A stretch of DNA of 63,998 bases, the filler included, from Perkinsus olseni (taxonomy: Eukaryota), in NCBI GenBank assembly GCA_013115125.1. It is 3 parts of 3 records of this genome, joined end to end, with 100 filler letters (N's around TTAATTAATTAA, not from the genome) between each part and the next. Parts side by side here need not be neighbours in the genome. Positions count along the whole stretch, not along the records: positions 46,250 to 63,998 come from JABANN010000635.1; 2 more parts are not named here. The stretch is one strand, 5' to 3'. The first letter of the stretch is position 1, and the number at the start of each line of letters is the position of its first letter. The notes under the pieces were generated by a model. The model did not search any database and was not told where the DNA came from. It saw only the letters and a program-made list of their open reading frames with translations. Below are positions 49,801-61,611 of this stretch, in pieces. A program made the translations under genes and the position numbers.

Positions 49801-51363
49801 TGTGACGCTGGCGGAACTCAGGGCTGTTATTGGGAAGTACGTCAGCGCCGCGAAGGAAAGTGAACATTCAGCCATGCAGAAGTAGGGCGGCCATACACTG
49901 TGAGATCAACGTTTACATTTGTCTTCAGGCTGCTATTAGCGCCAACGAAGACGGTCGCTATCGCTCAGTTCGTGGACGAAAAGACAGCACAGCACGCTTT
50001 CAAGAAGCTCTCATATCGTCGCTTCAAGAACGCTCCGCTTTACGTGGAGTGGGCACCTGAGAACATCTTCGAGCCGAAGAGGGATCAGGAGGAGGGAGAA
50101 GAGAAGGTCGCCAGTGATGAACGTGATGGAGCTGCGGAGCAGGTATGATTCAAGCCTTATGTACACAGCATTTGGTGAATGCCTACCGTGCATCTGGCTG
50201 CCGGTATCATGGCATTTTCGGCGTCGTCCCTGCTGCCCTGCACTGCTGGGCTGCTCATGATCGCTCCTTGGTGATCAGTCATCCGTCCAGATGGAGGGAG
50301 TCGAGGAGAAGGAGGCCGAACCGCGGGAGCAGCCGAGTGCATCGACGGAAGAGGAGACGGCTCATGAGGAGGAGGATGTCGCCGGCAGTGTTAGCGTCTT
50401 TGTCAAGGGGCTGAACTTCGACACGACAGAGGAGGTAAAGTGCTCTTGGAAAGGCAGAAGGCCGCTCGCAGCTGTCGCTGTCAGGCTCTTCGTCAGCACT
50501 TCGTGAAGCAAACAGGCTACATCAAGTGTACGATATCCCGGAAGACTATGCCCGACGGCCGACAGCTGTCTATGGGCTTTGGCTTCGTCGAATTCAAGAA
50601 CTCCAAGGGTCAGTGGACCGGAAGTGCTCGTCAGTCGTCTCACCCGGGATTTTCTCTTCTCCGTCAGCTGCTAAGGAGTGCATCAAGCGTCTTCAAGGCA
50701 GTTCGCTGGATGGGCGAACTCTGGAGCTACAGATGGGGAGAGGAGACAAAACAGGAGGCGGTCATAGCGCGTCAAACGTGGCGCAGGCTGGTGTCACTCA
50801 AGCGGATACCAAGGGCGCTACGAACAGGTAGGATGCCTCGCTCTAAGGTGGAACTGTGCCTGCTGATCTCGGGGAGGTATCTTTGTGACCTGTGACATGC
50901 CAGGTTATGCGTCCGGAATGTTGCATTCGAAGCATCCCGCAGAGATATTCGGAAGCTCTTCTCCACCTACGGCAATGTTGTTGCGGTTCGAATGCCGCTG
51001 AAAGTTGACAGGTGAGTCAGGCCATTCTGTCGTCATTTACGCTTCCTCGCACGCTGCCTCTTAGGAGCGGCCATCGAGGTTTCGCTTTCGTCGAGTTCGT
51101 TTCGAGATCGGAGGCCCTCGCTGCGATGGAAGCTCTGCAACATACCCATCTCTATGGGAGGAGGTGAGCTGCTCAGTCGCGGTTGTGTGATGACGGAAGA
51201 GCAACGACCATTTTTCATCAGACTCGTGCTAGAGCCAGCCGCTCATGAAGACACTTCAATTGAGACCGCGAGGCTGAAGCAGGATGTGAAGGAGGAGCGA
51301 AAACGCCATGAGAGGATGAACGAGTCGGCTAAGCGACGGAAAATCAATGCGCTCGAAGAGTAG
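46887..51363 (+). CDS. RBM19: Multi-RRM ribosome biogenesis factor RBM19/Mrd1, multi-exon
   Basis: RRM1 SRIIVKNLPK...SRCFGFVGF, RLLLVNLPYIATEDD, TWNLLFVSANSAV, AVRAAVGETEVVREVKQWL, LSYRRFKNAPLYVEWAP, SMGFGFVEF, VRNVAFEASRRDIRKLF and HRGFAFVEF...HLYGRRLVLE. Confidence 0.92.
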
Positions 51364-51523
51364 CTCTTCGAGGGATCGCCGGTAGTCGCCGGATCCCAAC
51401 GTCTGTTCACGTAGTGTTTCTACTGTTACTTGTACGAAACAAGATTCATCGACTTGGAGCGCCGAGTTGGTCATTCTGGTGAGGGGTCTGTAGGAATTCA
51501 CCGTCATCGCGAGGAGCAGTAAT

Positions 51524-52422
51524 ATGGAGTGTACACAACGACGTGTGGTGAGAGGGAGGGAGTGTCTTGCAGCAATTAGAGAATGCAAAGCGTTCTTGCG
51601 AACGTATGCTAAGGAGCCTCCCGACTCGGGAGTCCCGAGCTTTGCGGATCTGTACGAGAGGGAGCGTAGCGTGACCAGTGAGGTTGTAGTGGAATGCTCC
51701 ACAGTCCTCTCTCGCCAACTCTAGCTGGGGAACGTGGCATAGGGTATCGGGAGGCCGAACTATGAAGGCGCGAATGCTCGTTGCTGGCTAGCATAGCGCA
51801 TCTCTCTACGAAGCATAGTGTCACGCTGTCTCAAGCGAGAGTCGTCCCAGCGATTCTACCGCATGCACGCAAATACCGGCCCTTCAGCTCCTCGTTGACA
51901 TCGCTGAAAATTCAAGGAGTGCAGGGGAGTATTCGTCAGTGGCAGAAGTCATTCGTCACGCGGGGTTCCGTTAAGTTTGCTCGTCGAGAACGCTGAACAT
52001 ACGGTTCCCTAAAGATTTGGAACTGGCAAGGGCAAACTTGCTCCTCCGGCCCATCGACAACCTCTGCCGAGTCAAACACATTACTTTCGGCTTGCATGCT
52101 GTACGCAACCAACGGTATGGAATCCCGCTGGAATATCACTCCTGGCGTCTTCCATGATGGTGACTTCCGGTTTGGCAGTGTCTGCATGTTGTCTATCGTC
52201 GGAGGCTCTCTTATGGGGTCTGTTGCAGCCGGAACCCTGTGGTACTGTATCCAAGGTATCTCCACTAAGGATGGTATGAGTATCGATTCCCATGCGGATG
52301 CCGAATCTGAGGATATTATTCTCACGACCAAGCAGAAAGTATCATTCAACAATGTGGAAGGAGGTTGGAATTTCGACGTCGATTTCAAGGCACCAAGAAG
52401 CGCTCCTCTTCCACAAGACTAA
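51524..52422 (+). CDS. Hypothetical protein with a C-terminal transmembrane-like segment
   Basis: Exon-like ORFs with splice signals and a hydrophobic stretch VCMLSIVGGSLMGSVAAGTLWYCI. No family was recognised. Confidence 0.35.
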
Positions 52423-53382
52423 TCGCTAAGGGTATCCTCTATGGCTGATTCCGCAAACGGAATCCTGAGGTCTTGCCTGAGCCACACTTCTCTCACCATC
52501 TACACCGAGGTTTATTCTTTTCTGTCTTGCATCTTGTGCCGTGGGTGGACCCCTCACCCCAGTCACAAAGCCGATAGCGATATTTTTCCTTCTGCCCCTA
52601 TTGTGACTCGCTATTTGTGAGAGGTTCAACAATAACTCCGTATGCCGCGAGCGGGCGTGTCGGTCGTTCGCAAGGAACTGCTTCCATTACATCCACAATT
52701 TTGCTACTCGTTGACAACCTATCACCCGAAGATAACATTGAGAGACGGTCTTTCATTCTCTTCCGACCCCAATGCGTTAAGTTCTACAGGGGACTCGTGA
52801 CCAGGCAACACAACATCCACCACGAGAGAAGATGCTATCGGTGAGTTAGGGGGCGTACTCCGTACTGGCCCACATCCATCTCCTCGCAGAACACTGAACT
52901 CGGGAATATAGTGATACCAGTGTCGCGCGACGAAGGAGGCTCCCTCACTGCCACTTTTTTCCTCCCGTCCCGTCCCCACGCTCCGTAATAGCGCTCGTTT
53001 TGGAGTTCCGCATAACACCAAGGTGAGAGCCCTGGTTGCTTCGATCGCAGCTCCGTGCTCGGTACAAAGTTACAAATCGCGGTAAACCTTCCATCGTAAC
53101 TTGGGCTCTGACTCCCTCTCATCGGGCCACTGACGATTTTAGAAACTCAGAACGGATTGGAAGGGACTATCCATCATTGAAGCTCGAATGACTTTGCTGA
53201 CAAGATGACGACGAGATAACGACGAGATGGTATCAAGCCGACCGCTGCTAATGGACGTAAGGAGCCCAATCAGCACCCTGCGAGAGCAAGTCTCGTCGGG
53301 CGATGGTCTGTCAATATGAAGACAAAAGTAATAGGTGCCAGAATCTTTTCGACGACGCCCGACTGATCGGGAGATGCTCGAT

Positions 53383-55410
53383 TCATCTGCGAGCCGCCGC
53401 TTGCGCATAAACTTCGTCCAAGGCAATGCAGAAATTATCGACATCATCCTTGGTAATGCACATCGGAGGTGCTATTCTGAAGATGTTGCCATGGGGCCCG
53501 GGGCCACCAACTAGGAATCCCTTCTCCTTCAGTCGGTTCCACGCCCACTTCATCTCGGCAGCTGGACTCTCTCCGATGTGCTCTATGCCGATGAGCAGAC
53601 CGACGCCCCGAACGTCGCCGACGATATGCGAGTGTTTTACCTGCGTTGGCGATTGATAGAGATGCTTAAGTTAATCTCGGAGGCCCTTGCCTTGAGCACT
53701 TCTAGACGGCTCAAGAAATAACAACCGATATCCCTGCAATGGTCCATGAGTTTCTCATCGTCGATGATCCGAAGCACTTCCCGCCCCACTGCCGTTTGCA
53801 CAGGGCCGCCCCCATAGGTGTTCTGAGAGGCCGATACCATCCACGGGCGTTCACGGAGGCTCCCTTTGATATTGAATACAAATACAGCAAGCCGCCGCTC
53901 ACGAAAAATGCCTTCCTTCCCAGCTCGTTCATGATATCTTCACGCGCGGCGACGGCTGCTAAGGGCATGCCATTACCGATGCTCTTCGCCATTGTAACAA
54001 CGTCCGGCACGACTCCTACATGAAGCAGAGGTTGCAGCGTTTCATTGCGAACGTAGACACATTCCGGGCCTACCGTGATTCTGGAACCCCCAGAAGTTGG
54101 TCCCAGTTCGGCCGAAACCCGTCTGCACCTCGTCCGCGATGCAAATACCTCCAACAGATCTGATGCGGTCGTAGACGCCTTGCAGATATCTACCGATCGA
54201 GACGGCAGATCAGGGCCGACGAAGGACAACAGGACGCCTCTTACCCAGGAGGCAGAGTGACGACACCACCAACGCCCTGTGTAGACTCGGCAATGAAGGC
54301 AGCGACCTGAAGCAATGTAGGCCTCTCCCCAACAGGGGCTCTCCGCTCTCACCTGCCCGTCACTCATGCAGGAGTCCAGGTGATCATCTAGGTCGTTGAG
54401 ATGATACCGGACAATGTCCTTCACGGAGGCCTCGGGGCCGAGCCTCGACTTATACCTATTCCATCGTAAGGCTGGGACAATAATGGTAGAGGAATGAGTT
54501 GTTATTCAACAAGCCACTACCCGAGATGGACAGCGGCAAACGGTCGAGAACTCACACTTTAGGGACAGCAAGATGCTCAACTCCGAACCCAGCGGGCACT
54601 TGATGCTTGTAAAAGCCTGAAGGACAGTAGCAGTGCTTACTATCCTACAAACTCCAACAACCTATTCGACCTACCGACTGCTGTTAGACCCTGCGTGCCT
54701 CCGGTCATGCCATGATACCCATTGCGCAGTGCCACGATGGGCCATCGTCCTGTGTAGAGCCTCGCTAGCATGACGGCTAGGTCCTGAGTGAAGATTGGGC
54801 ACAGAGAGGCTTCCATGAGGTGAGGTTACGTTAGCCTCGGAACCCGAGTTGACGAAGTAAACCTTCCAACCCTTCCCATCGGGGCGTTGAGGAAGGCGTT
54901 CCACCAACTCCTTGGCGTACAAGGTCTACGACAGCGGATGACAAGGAGAATGACAGCATCCTGATTACCGGCTGAGGGTGGGCATAGATCGGTGAGGTGT
55001 GTACTAGCTCAGCGGCCTGCCTGTGTATAGCCTCGGTTATGCGGGGATGGCAATGGCCGACAGAAACCGTGACAATTCCCCCCAGTAAATCTGAAGGCAC
55101 CGTCCCTTCGTCGCGCACGGACGGGCTTACCGAGGTACTTCCGCCCGGAGTCATCATAGAGGTACTGCATGCGGCCTTTGGTGATGACAAGGGGTTCACT
55201 ACAACGGGATTCGTTGAGCGGCGAGTTGAGATGCTAGGCCCACTACTTGTAAAGTGTGGTCAGTGGCCCATGGTACTGCTGCCGTATTGACAGGATTTCC
55301 GATCGAGAATACCCTTCCGTAGCGGCACTCGAAAAGAATACACGATTGCACGACGATGATGGTCGGGGTAAGAATCCCCAATGGGGCGGGTGAAGAGCTC
55401 TCAGCATCAT
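53383..55410 (-). CDS. AGXT2: Class III aminotransferase, alanine-glyoxylate aminotransferase 2-like, probable mitochondrial presequence
   Basis: Motifs [69 protein letters not shown] (PLP lysine), [13 protein letters not shown] and [16 protein letters not shown]. Confidence 0.92.
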
Positions 55411-55953
55411 GAGGGACGTCTCCCACGACAGACTCGACAAGCTGTACGGCCGGGGATCACACCCTCCCGGGCCCCCTTGCAATATGGTCGATGGCAAGCA
55501 CTCTACCCCTGGGGGCAGATGTACTCACTGAAGAACACAACAAGCTTTCACCACTGCCAGAAAGGAAGTGAAGGAGGGATTCACTGGGGAATCCCCAGTG
55601 GGGATGCCGCAGACAACCGCCGCGCGCGCTGTTTCCCTCTGCGGTATCCGCGGTGTTTCGTAGATGGTGCAGTCCACTTGGGGACGGTTCCGCGAGAAGG
55701 CGGAAGCGGATCTTCACTCAAGTTAATCCCCGCGATCTCTCGCTCTTAAACCGGAAGAAGGTTTACGTTTGCATCGGCGTATCTTGGGAACGTGCGCAGC
55801 CGTTGAGATAATGCAAGATTTCAAGATGTCATTGCCTTCCTGGGATCGAGGGATCCCCAGGGGCCATCGTGGCCAGTGTTGGGCGTTGTCGAGGCTTCGT
55901 ACTCATTGCGACCAATGACGCCTGAACTGTAGACCTTCATTTACCCTGCTATA

Positions 55954-57204
55954 ATGACTACTTTAAACTTCTCGAGGAGTTACAGTGCGGCCCCGGCGGT
56001 GTACAGTGGTGGCTATCGTGACTACTACAAGGACTGGTAGGGAGAGGGTGGGCGTCGCGGATCACTTCATAAGTAGTAATTTTCAGGCGCGGTGACTCTA
56101 GTCAGAGGAGCCAGTCCAGAGGTAGGTCTCAGTGGAGGACCTACAACAAGGATTGGGACACTTGGGGCAAGGGTTATTACTATTCTTCTTACGGCAGTGG
56201 CGATCGCAGTCCTTCCCGCGGGCGCTATGGCTCATGGGGTCGCTACGGCGACCGGTCTGGCGACTGGTATGATTATAATGATTATTCTAAGGGAGGCTAT
56301 TGGGTCGGCAATTGGTGGTACTGTGGTGATGGTGATTGGTACTGGAGCCGCGACACTGGTTACACCGAGTGGAAGAAGGAAGAGGAGAACAAGGAAGAGG
56401 GGGAAGGGGAGGACAACTACTATGATGATTGTAGCACTATGATGAGTAGGCTTCATTAGATTCTTCGTGATGTTTGCAGATTACTACAAGACGTCCGACT
56501 ACTGGGAGTGCACTCCGGAAACGCCTAAGAATGATTGGGGGCAAGAGCAATGGGCCACCTTGGAGGACCGCAATCGTCAGAACAGTTGGTGGAACAACAA
56601 TGAGTGGAACACCAGGTGGGAGCATCGGCTGAAGCGCTATTGCTGTACTATGGTATCAGGTACTACTACTACGACGATGGTAAGGATGCTGCGGACAATG
56701 AGGGCCAATGGGAGAACCGCGTTGATTACGGCTGGCATTTGAGTTCTAAGTTCCCTAGGGCACCTAAGACCTTAGAAGAACAGTAAGGCCTGTGATTATC
56801 ACCGTTTCCCTCCTCCGTAGTCCGCGTCCTTCGTCAGTTACGAGCCCAATGAGGACGCTGCTGCGACACCAGGTAATCCCCATAGCCCGTGTAGAGCCTC
56901 TGAAGCTGCCGAGTTCTCCTGGAATCCACCACAACCACTACCATTATCGCCATCACCATCGCCCCCCTTGGCTGAGCCCCTGGTGCAGGAGCAAACCTCA
57001 GCGGTTATTGCTGCAGAGAACACAGTATGGCGGCTCACTTTGGGGGGCGGCGGCGATGGCGGTCCCCCCACAGCCTCTCATAGTGATGGTCTTCAGATGC
57101 TGGAGGGTGGTACGGCACCGGTGGAGAGTACGGAGAGTATGGCGATCAGACGAACGAACAGTGGGAATGAGGAAGTTGACAGAAGCGAAGAAGTTGGCTG
57201 TTAG
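55954..57204 (+). CDS. Tyr/Trp/Gly/Asp-rich low-complexity exons, probably the N-terminus of the CCR4-like gene
   Basis: WDTWGKGYYYSSYGSGDRSPSRGRYGSWGRYGDRSGDWYDYNDY...WWYCGDGDWYW in GT-AG-bounded exons. Confidence 0.6.
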
Positions 57205-57306
57205 CTATTTATTTCCATGTCATCAATATGATTATTATTATCATTATTTTCCGAGCTGTTTGAGAGTACATTATTGTCTAGGGGAGCTGCATCGCTGCTG
57301 ACCTCA

Positions 57307-60300
57307 GTGGTTGCAACTGGCTCGCACGTTGATTATACCAGGACCCGAGGCTACTCAACCTGGTATGACCGTCATCATGGTGTTTGGTTCGTGAGTGGGT
57401 GAAGGAATGGTATTCGGAAAGAAAGGTTAGCGAGCCCGATTGAAAATCGCATTGCACTTCTCGTGTCATTTGCGAGTTGCCACCTGAGGTCGAGACGTGT
57501 ACCTCAAAAGGGGTCGCACGAGGCCGTTGTGGTCGGAGAGTTGCCGACGTGCATGGTCTAGTTGCTGGTTTTGTCATCGAGTTATCGAGTCGCCTGGATC
57601 GAGGATAGAGCCTGGTCAGGGGGATGGGGATCTTCTATTAACATCGCTCCTACGCCTAGGATATCCCGGTGTCGTGGCTGCTCATCTACGACGGCGTAGA
57701 GCTGGAAAGAGGCGTGATGACCAGGTGGCGATGTGACATGACTGATGTCCTGTGTCCAGGCGCGTGCAATGGTCTGCTGCTGCCCGTATTGAGGAACACT
57801 CGTGGAGGCTTCCAGCGCTTCGACTAAGAACATTGGGTTAGTCCGGCTGGTCAAAATTAACCAGAAATTATCGAGTGTAGAGTGAGAGTATTCCTATTCT
57901 GGACCCTATGCCGGGGAAGCGCATCTGGAGAGTACGCATGAGGTAGTTTCTCACCATGCCACCGCAGGCGTCAGTCCCTGCCTCCTTCTCCTTCTTGACC
58001 TGGAACGTGTTGCACTCGGCGCACTATCAACGGCTATTGGCTGATCCAGCATTCAACAACCCTAAAAGGAGGTATAGCTACCACCTTAGACAACATCCTG
58101 CGGTAGGAGTACTATCATTCTCAGGGCAGTAGCGCCAGCAGCCCGACTGGTGAACCTTACTAATCACTTACTGAGACTGAATGCTGACATAGTGGCTCTA
58201 CAGGTGATGCAGAGATGACAAGGGGGAGTCCAGAGGTTTGGTCCCTGGTACTCTAACGCCTCCACGGGCGAAGGGAACGTCTCTCAGGAGCTCGACATCG
58301 CCACCCTTCCTAGCGTGAAGAGTACCCTCGAGTCTAAGGGTGGGTACCGGATGGTCACGGCTATGATAAACGAGGCAGTCCAAGCTAAGGTGCTGCTGTC
58401 TCTTACTCGTTCAAACGGAAGTGGTCGTTCCGCCGCAGGACGGTTGCGCCCTATTCTGCAAGACTGATCGCTTCGAACCTCTGGCCACTACCGAGTTCCG
58501 AATGTGCCATGCCTTGGATAGATACCTCCACCCGCTGGCTCAGTCCCAGGGGGGCCTCGCAGGGGCTCTGTAGTACAACCTGCTGCCTCTACAGCATGCG
58601 AGGGCTCCTAGCAGGTACAGGGAAACACGGGAGAAACTCAACCTGTGTGTGGCCGCCCTGCTGAGGGACCGGCTTACTGGTTATGATGTTCTTGCAGCCG
58701 CCACACACTTGTTTTGGAGCCCGAAGTGAGGGGATAGTCCGGAGGTCCTCAGGGGGTCAGTGAGCCTGCCCGCTCCTGTCAGGTTCCCCGATATAAAGCT
58801 GTTACAGGCGTATCTACTATCACGTCAATTGGAGGACTTTGCAGGTGAGCATAAACTCGGCAGTGGCTTACTTCTAGCGCGGGTATCTGCCAACCACCGG
58901 CCTGCTAGGCAGCCATAGGATTCGAGATTTACGGACTGGAGCTGATGAATCCTTCAGAATGAGAGTAGCGCGCACATGGGCAAGTTGATTCAGATTCAAC
59001 TCAAATTCAAAGTTCCGAACGAACTTAGAGCGTGTGGCCTACTACTGACACCGCCCAGCTGCGCACCTGGAAGGTACACGCTTTAGGGACAGACTTGCGC
59101 AGTGATGGTCAAATCGAACGACTGCTGCGTAATGTCTGTGCTTTGCGTGCTTCTGCTCTTTGATTCGTCGTCGACGCCATCCGCGCAGTCCCCAGTACAA
59201 TACGTTGGGCAATCGGGAATGAGGCCAATCGCCATACGAATCCTGATCTCACTTAGCACTCATGTCTCGTGGGAATGCTCCCGGACGATGCGTCATCAGG
59301 TGAACTTTCGAGCTCTCCCGCTCCTGCTGTAGTACTCGGTGGAGACTTCAATAGCACTCCGCCCGACAGCGCTGTGTAATAGGGAAGATCGGCATTGATT
59401 CGTGCCCTCCCGGCACGCCGGATCGGGCCACCCAGGATTCAATCAATACGATAAGCTTCTGATTCTTGGCGCCGCGGCGGCGCGGTTGTCCGGCTGGAGC
59501 CTCTTGAACCCCTCACGAGCTCTCTTGCACTCCCATACTTTTTGTAGCCTTTTGATACTAGAGGAGTCGAAGCATCGTTGACAGCCAGGACTCCGTCGTT
59601 CGAGATCGCCTCCTTGTTTCTCCTCCCGGAATGGATATGGAATGGACCTTCAGTAATGCAGTTCTCCTCTCAGCTACCAACTGCTCACTAAGGCAGCGGT
59701 CGACGTCGACCACCCCGAGCATCCGGTATCATTGCGACCAGGAAATAGAATTGTAATCATCTTCATCGAGCTTAGGGATCGCCCAGGATGAGGCATGCCG
59801 CTTAGTTCTTTCGAACTCGTGTGTACGAAACTTGAAGACTCTTTGCGAAGCACGTGTGAAGTCTTCGCGGGACATATTTTATTAGCGTTCACTTTCTTCC
59901 GGCACGATAGATGATTCATGCCTTGCGCAGATTCCGGGTGTCACGGAAGATGCGGTCGGTCCTCTGCGGCTGCCTAGTGGGCCCTTCATGAGCTCTGCGA
60001 GGACAGTGCTGGGAAAAGAACCGGATTTTACTAATTACACCCCCACCTGGCAGGGTTGCCTGGACTATGTTTTTTACAAGGAGGGCCGTGGAAAATTAAA
60101 GAGTAAGAGCGATCGCATGGCTCCTCCTGCCGTTGTGGCCGTCGCCGAAGATGCTGAACTGCCGCCATTAGTAGCTGCTCTCTGTAGGTCTTTCGATGGA
60201 CCCTCTCCCTAGTGTCGATATCCTAGCCAAACAGGGTACACTGCCTAACTCCGACATCCCCAGCGACCACATACCTTTGAAGGTTAATTTTAAATGGCAT

Positions 60301-60315
60301 GCTGTTGTTGACTGA
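57307..60315 (+). CDS. CCR4/PDE12/nocturnin-family EEP deadenylase-like nuclease, multi-exon
   Basis: Motifs LLTWNVLH, ADIVALQE, DGCALF, ATHLFWSPKFPDIKLLQA, VLGGDFNSTP, EPDFTNYTPTWQGCLDYVFY and PSDHIPL. Confidence 0.9.
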
Positions 60316-60421
60316 TGTTTCTGATGAATTCATAACTGAACATCTTCGTGCGTTCCTCAATAGGGAGCGATGGTAAGCCCGAAATAGAGGACTCTCCTTT
60401 TAGTCACTTGACCTTATTAAT

Positions 60422-61472
60422 ATGGAACGAGCGGCGGCCTATGCCCTGATCTTGTGGATTACTTGCAATCTCGTCGCGGGTGACTTCATCTGGTGTCTAT
60501 CGAGCTTATCAGGGCAACAGTGGTGTTTGACTCAGCACGGTAATGCTTCTTTCGATCCAGTGAGAGCGGTGGTGCCTGGACAGGTGAGGGAGGCGTTTCA
60601 TCAGACACCCGGGATTGAGTGGGTCAGGTGCATTTGGATCTCTGGCGATCTCGCGTTATACTGGATCCTTACTATGGCTACAACGACACGGCGTAGGACT
60701 CACCGTCAATGTCAGTGTTCACTGTAGGTCATCCCGTTTAGGTTGCGGTACATTGCCGAGGCGGATCGGCTCTACTCGGCTGAGTTCGCAGTGCCTCCAG
60801 GGGCCTGTGGTGACAGACATGTGAGGTTCCTCCAGCACCAATCATCCACTAGTGCAGCAGGTCTCCCTGCCAGCTACGATAATTCAACAGGGCCTTGATA
60901 CCATCACTGGAGTCTCAGTGAACGGCGCTTCATTGTTGGGGCTTATAACACGCATAGGACGTACAGTGCTCCAATGGGGAGGGGCAGCTGCTGTCACAGC
61001 AGCCTTATCTGGGTGCGCGCCGCGAACCCCAGGTGTGCGCTCGTGAACGCCGGGTGCGGATCCGGTATCGAGCTATGCACCTCTGGGATGCGCAGCTCAG
61101 TACCACTCCGTTGAGCATGTACACTGTATTCGCTATCGACAACGCTCCCGTTGTACAAATCTTCTTCGTACCCTTCCACGCTCGGTGATCAGACCGTTGA
61201 TGTGGATTCATCCGCCGACAATTTCCGCTAACCGAGTTCAACGAACTGAGATATACATTTTCTGTGGTCTAACCTCTCGCAATAGTGGTCGCGAAATTTC
61301 CAGTTCTCGAGGGAGTCCTGTGAAGGCGGGAATGGAGGGAGCAGAGGCCTATGAAAAGCAGCATGCCGCCGATTGGCCGAAGGGAGTGCTGCCGAAGAGC
61401 TTGCCGTCTGCATGGAACGGCTTTGATAGAGTTCAGATAGTGAGCTTACAGCCTATTGCCGCTCTATCGTGA
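60422..61472 (+). CDS. Hypothetical protein with a signal-like N-terminus, multi-exon
   Basis: Begins MERAAAYALILWITCNLVA and is followed by several splice-bounded segments. The structure is unresolved. Confidence 0.35.
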
Positions 61473-61611
61473 GGACAGTCAGTCTACACTACCATCGCTA
61501 TTAACACGTTACTTAATCGCCCATTGGCCTAGTCACCCATCTCTCCTACTTTCTTCAATGCCTTAGCCGAAGAGGAACACGTGCATTGAGGACCCTCGGC
61601 AGTAGAGGCCT

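Noticed and set aside
46887-51363. Alternative genetic code, frameshifting or widespread non-canonical splicing to explain fragmented ORFs
   Set aside because: RBM19 and nearly all checked dynein junctions resolve with ordinary GT-AG introns in the standard code.
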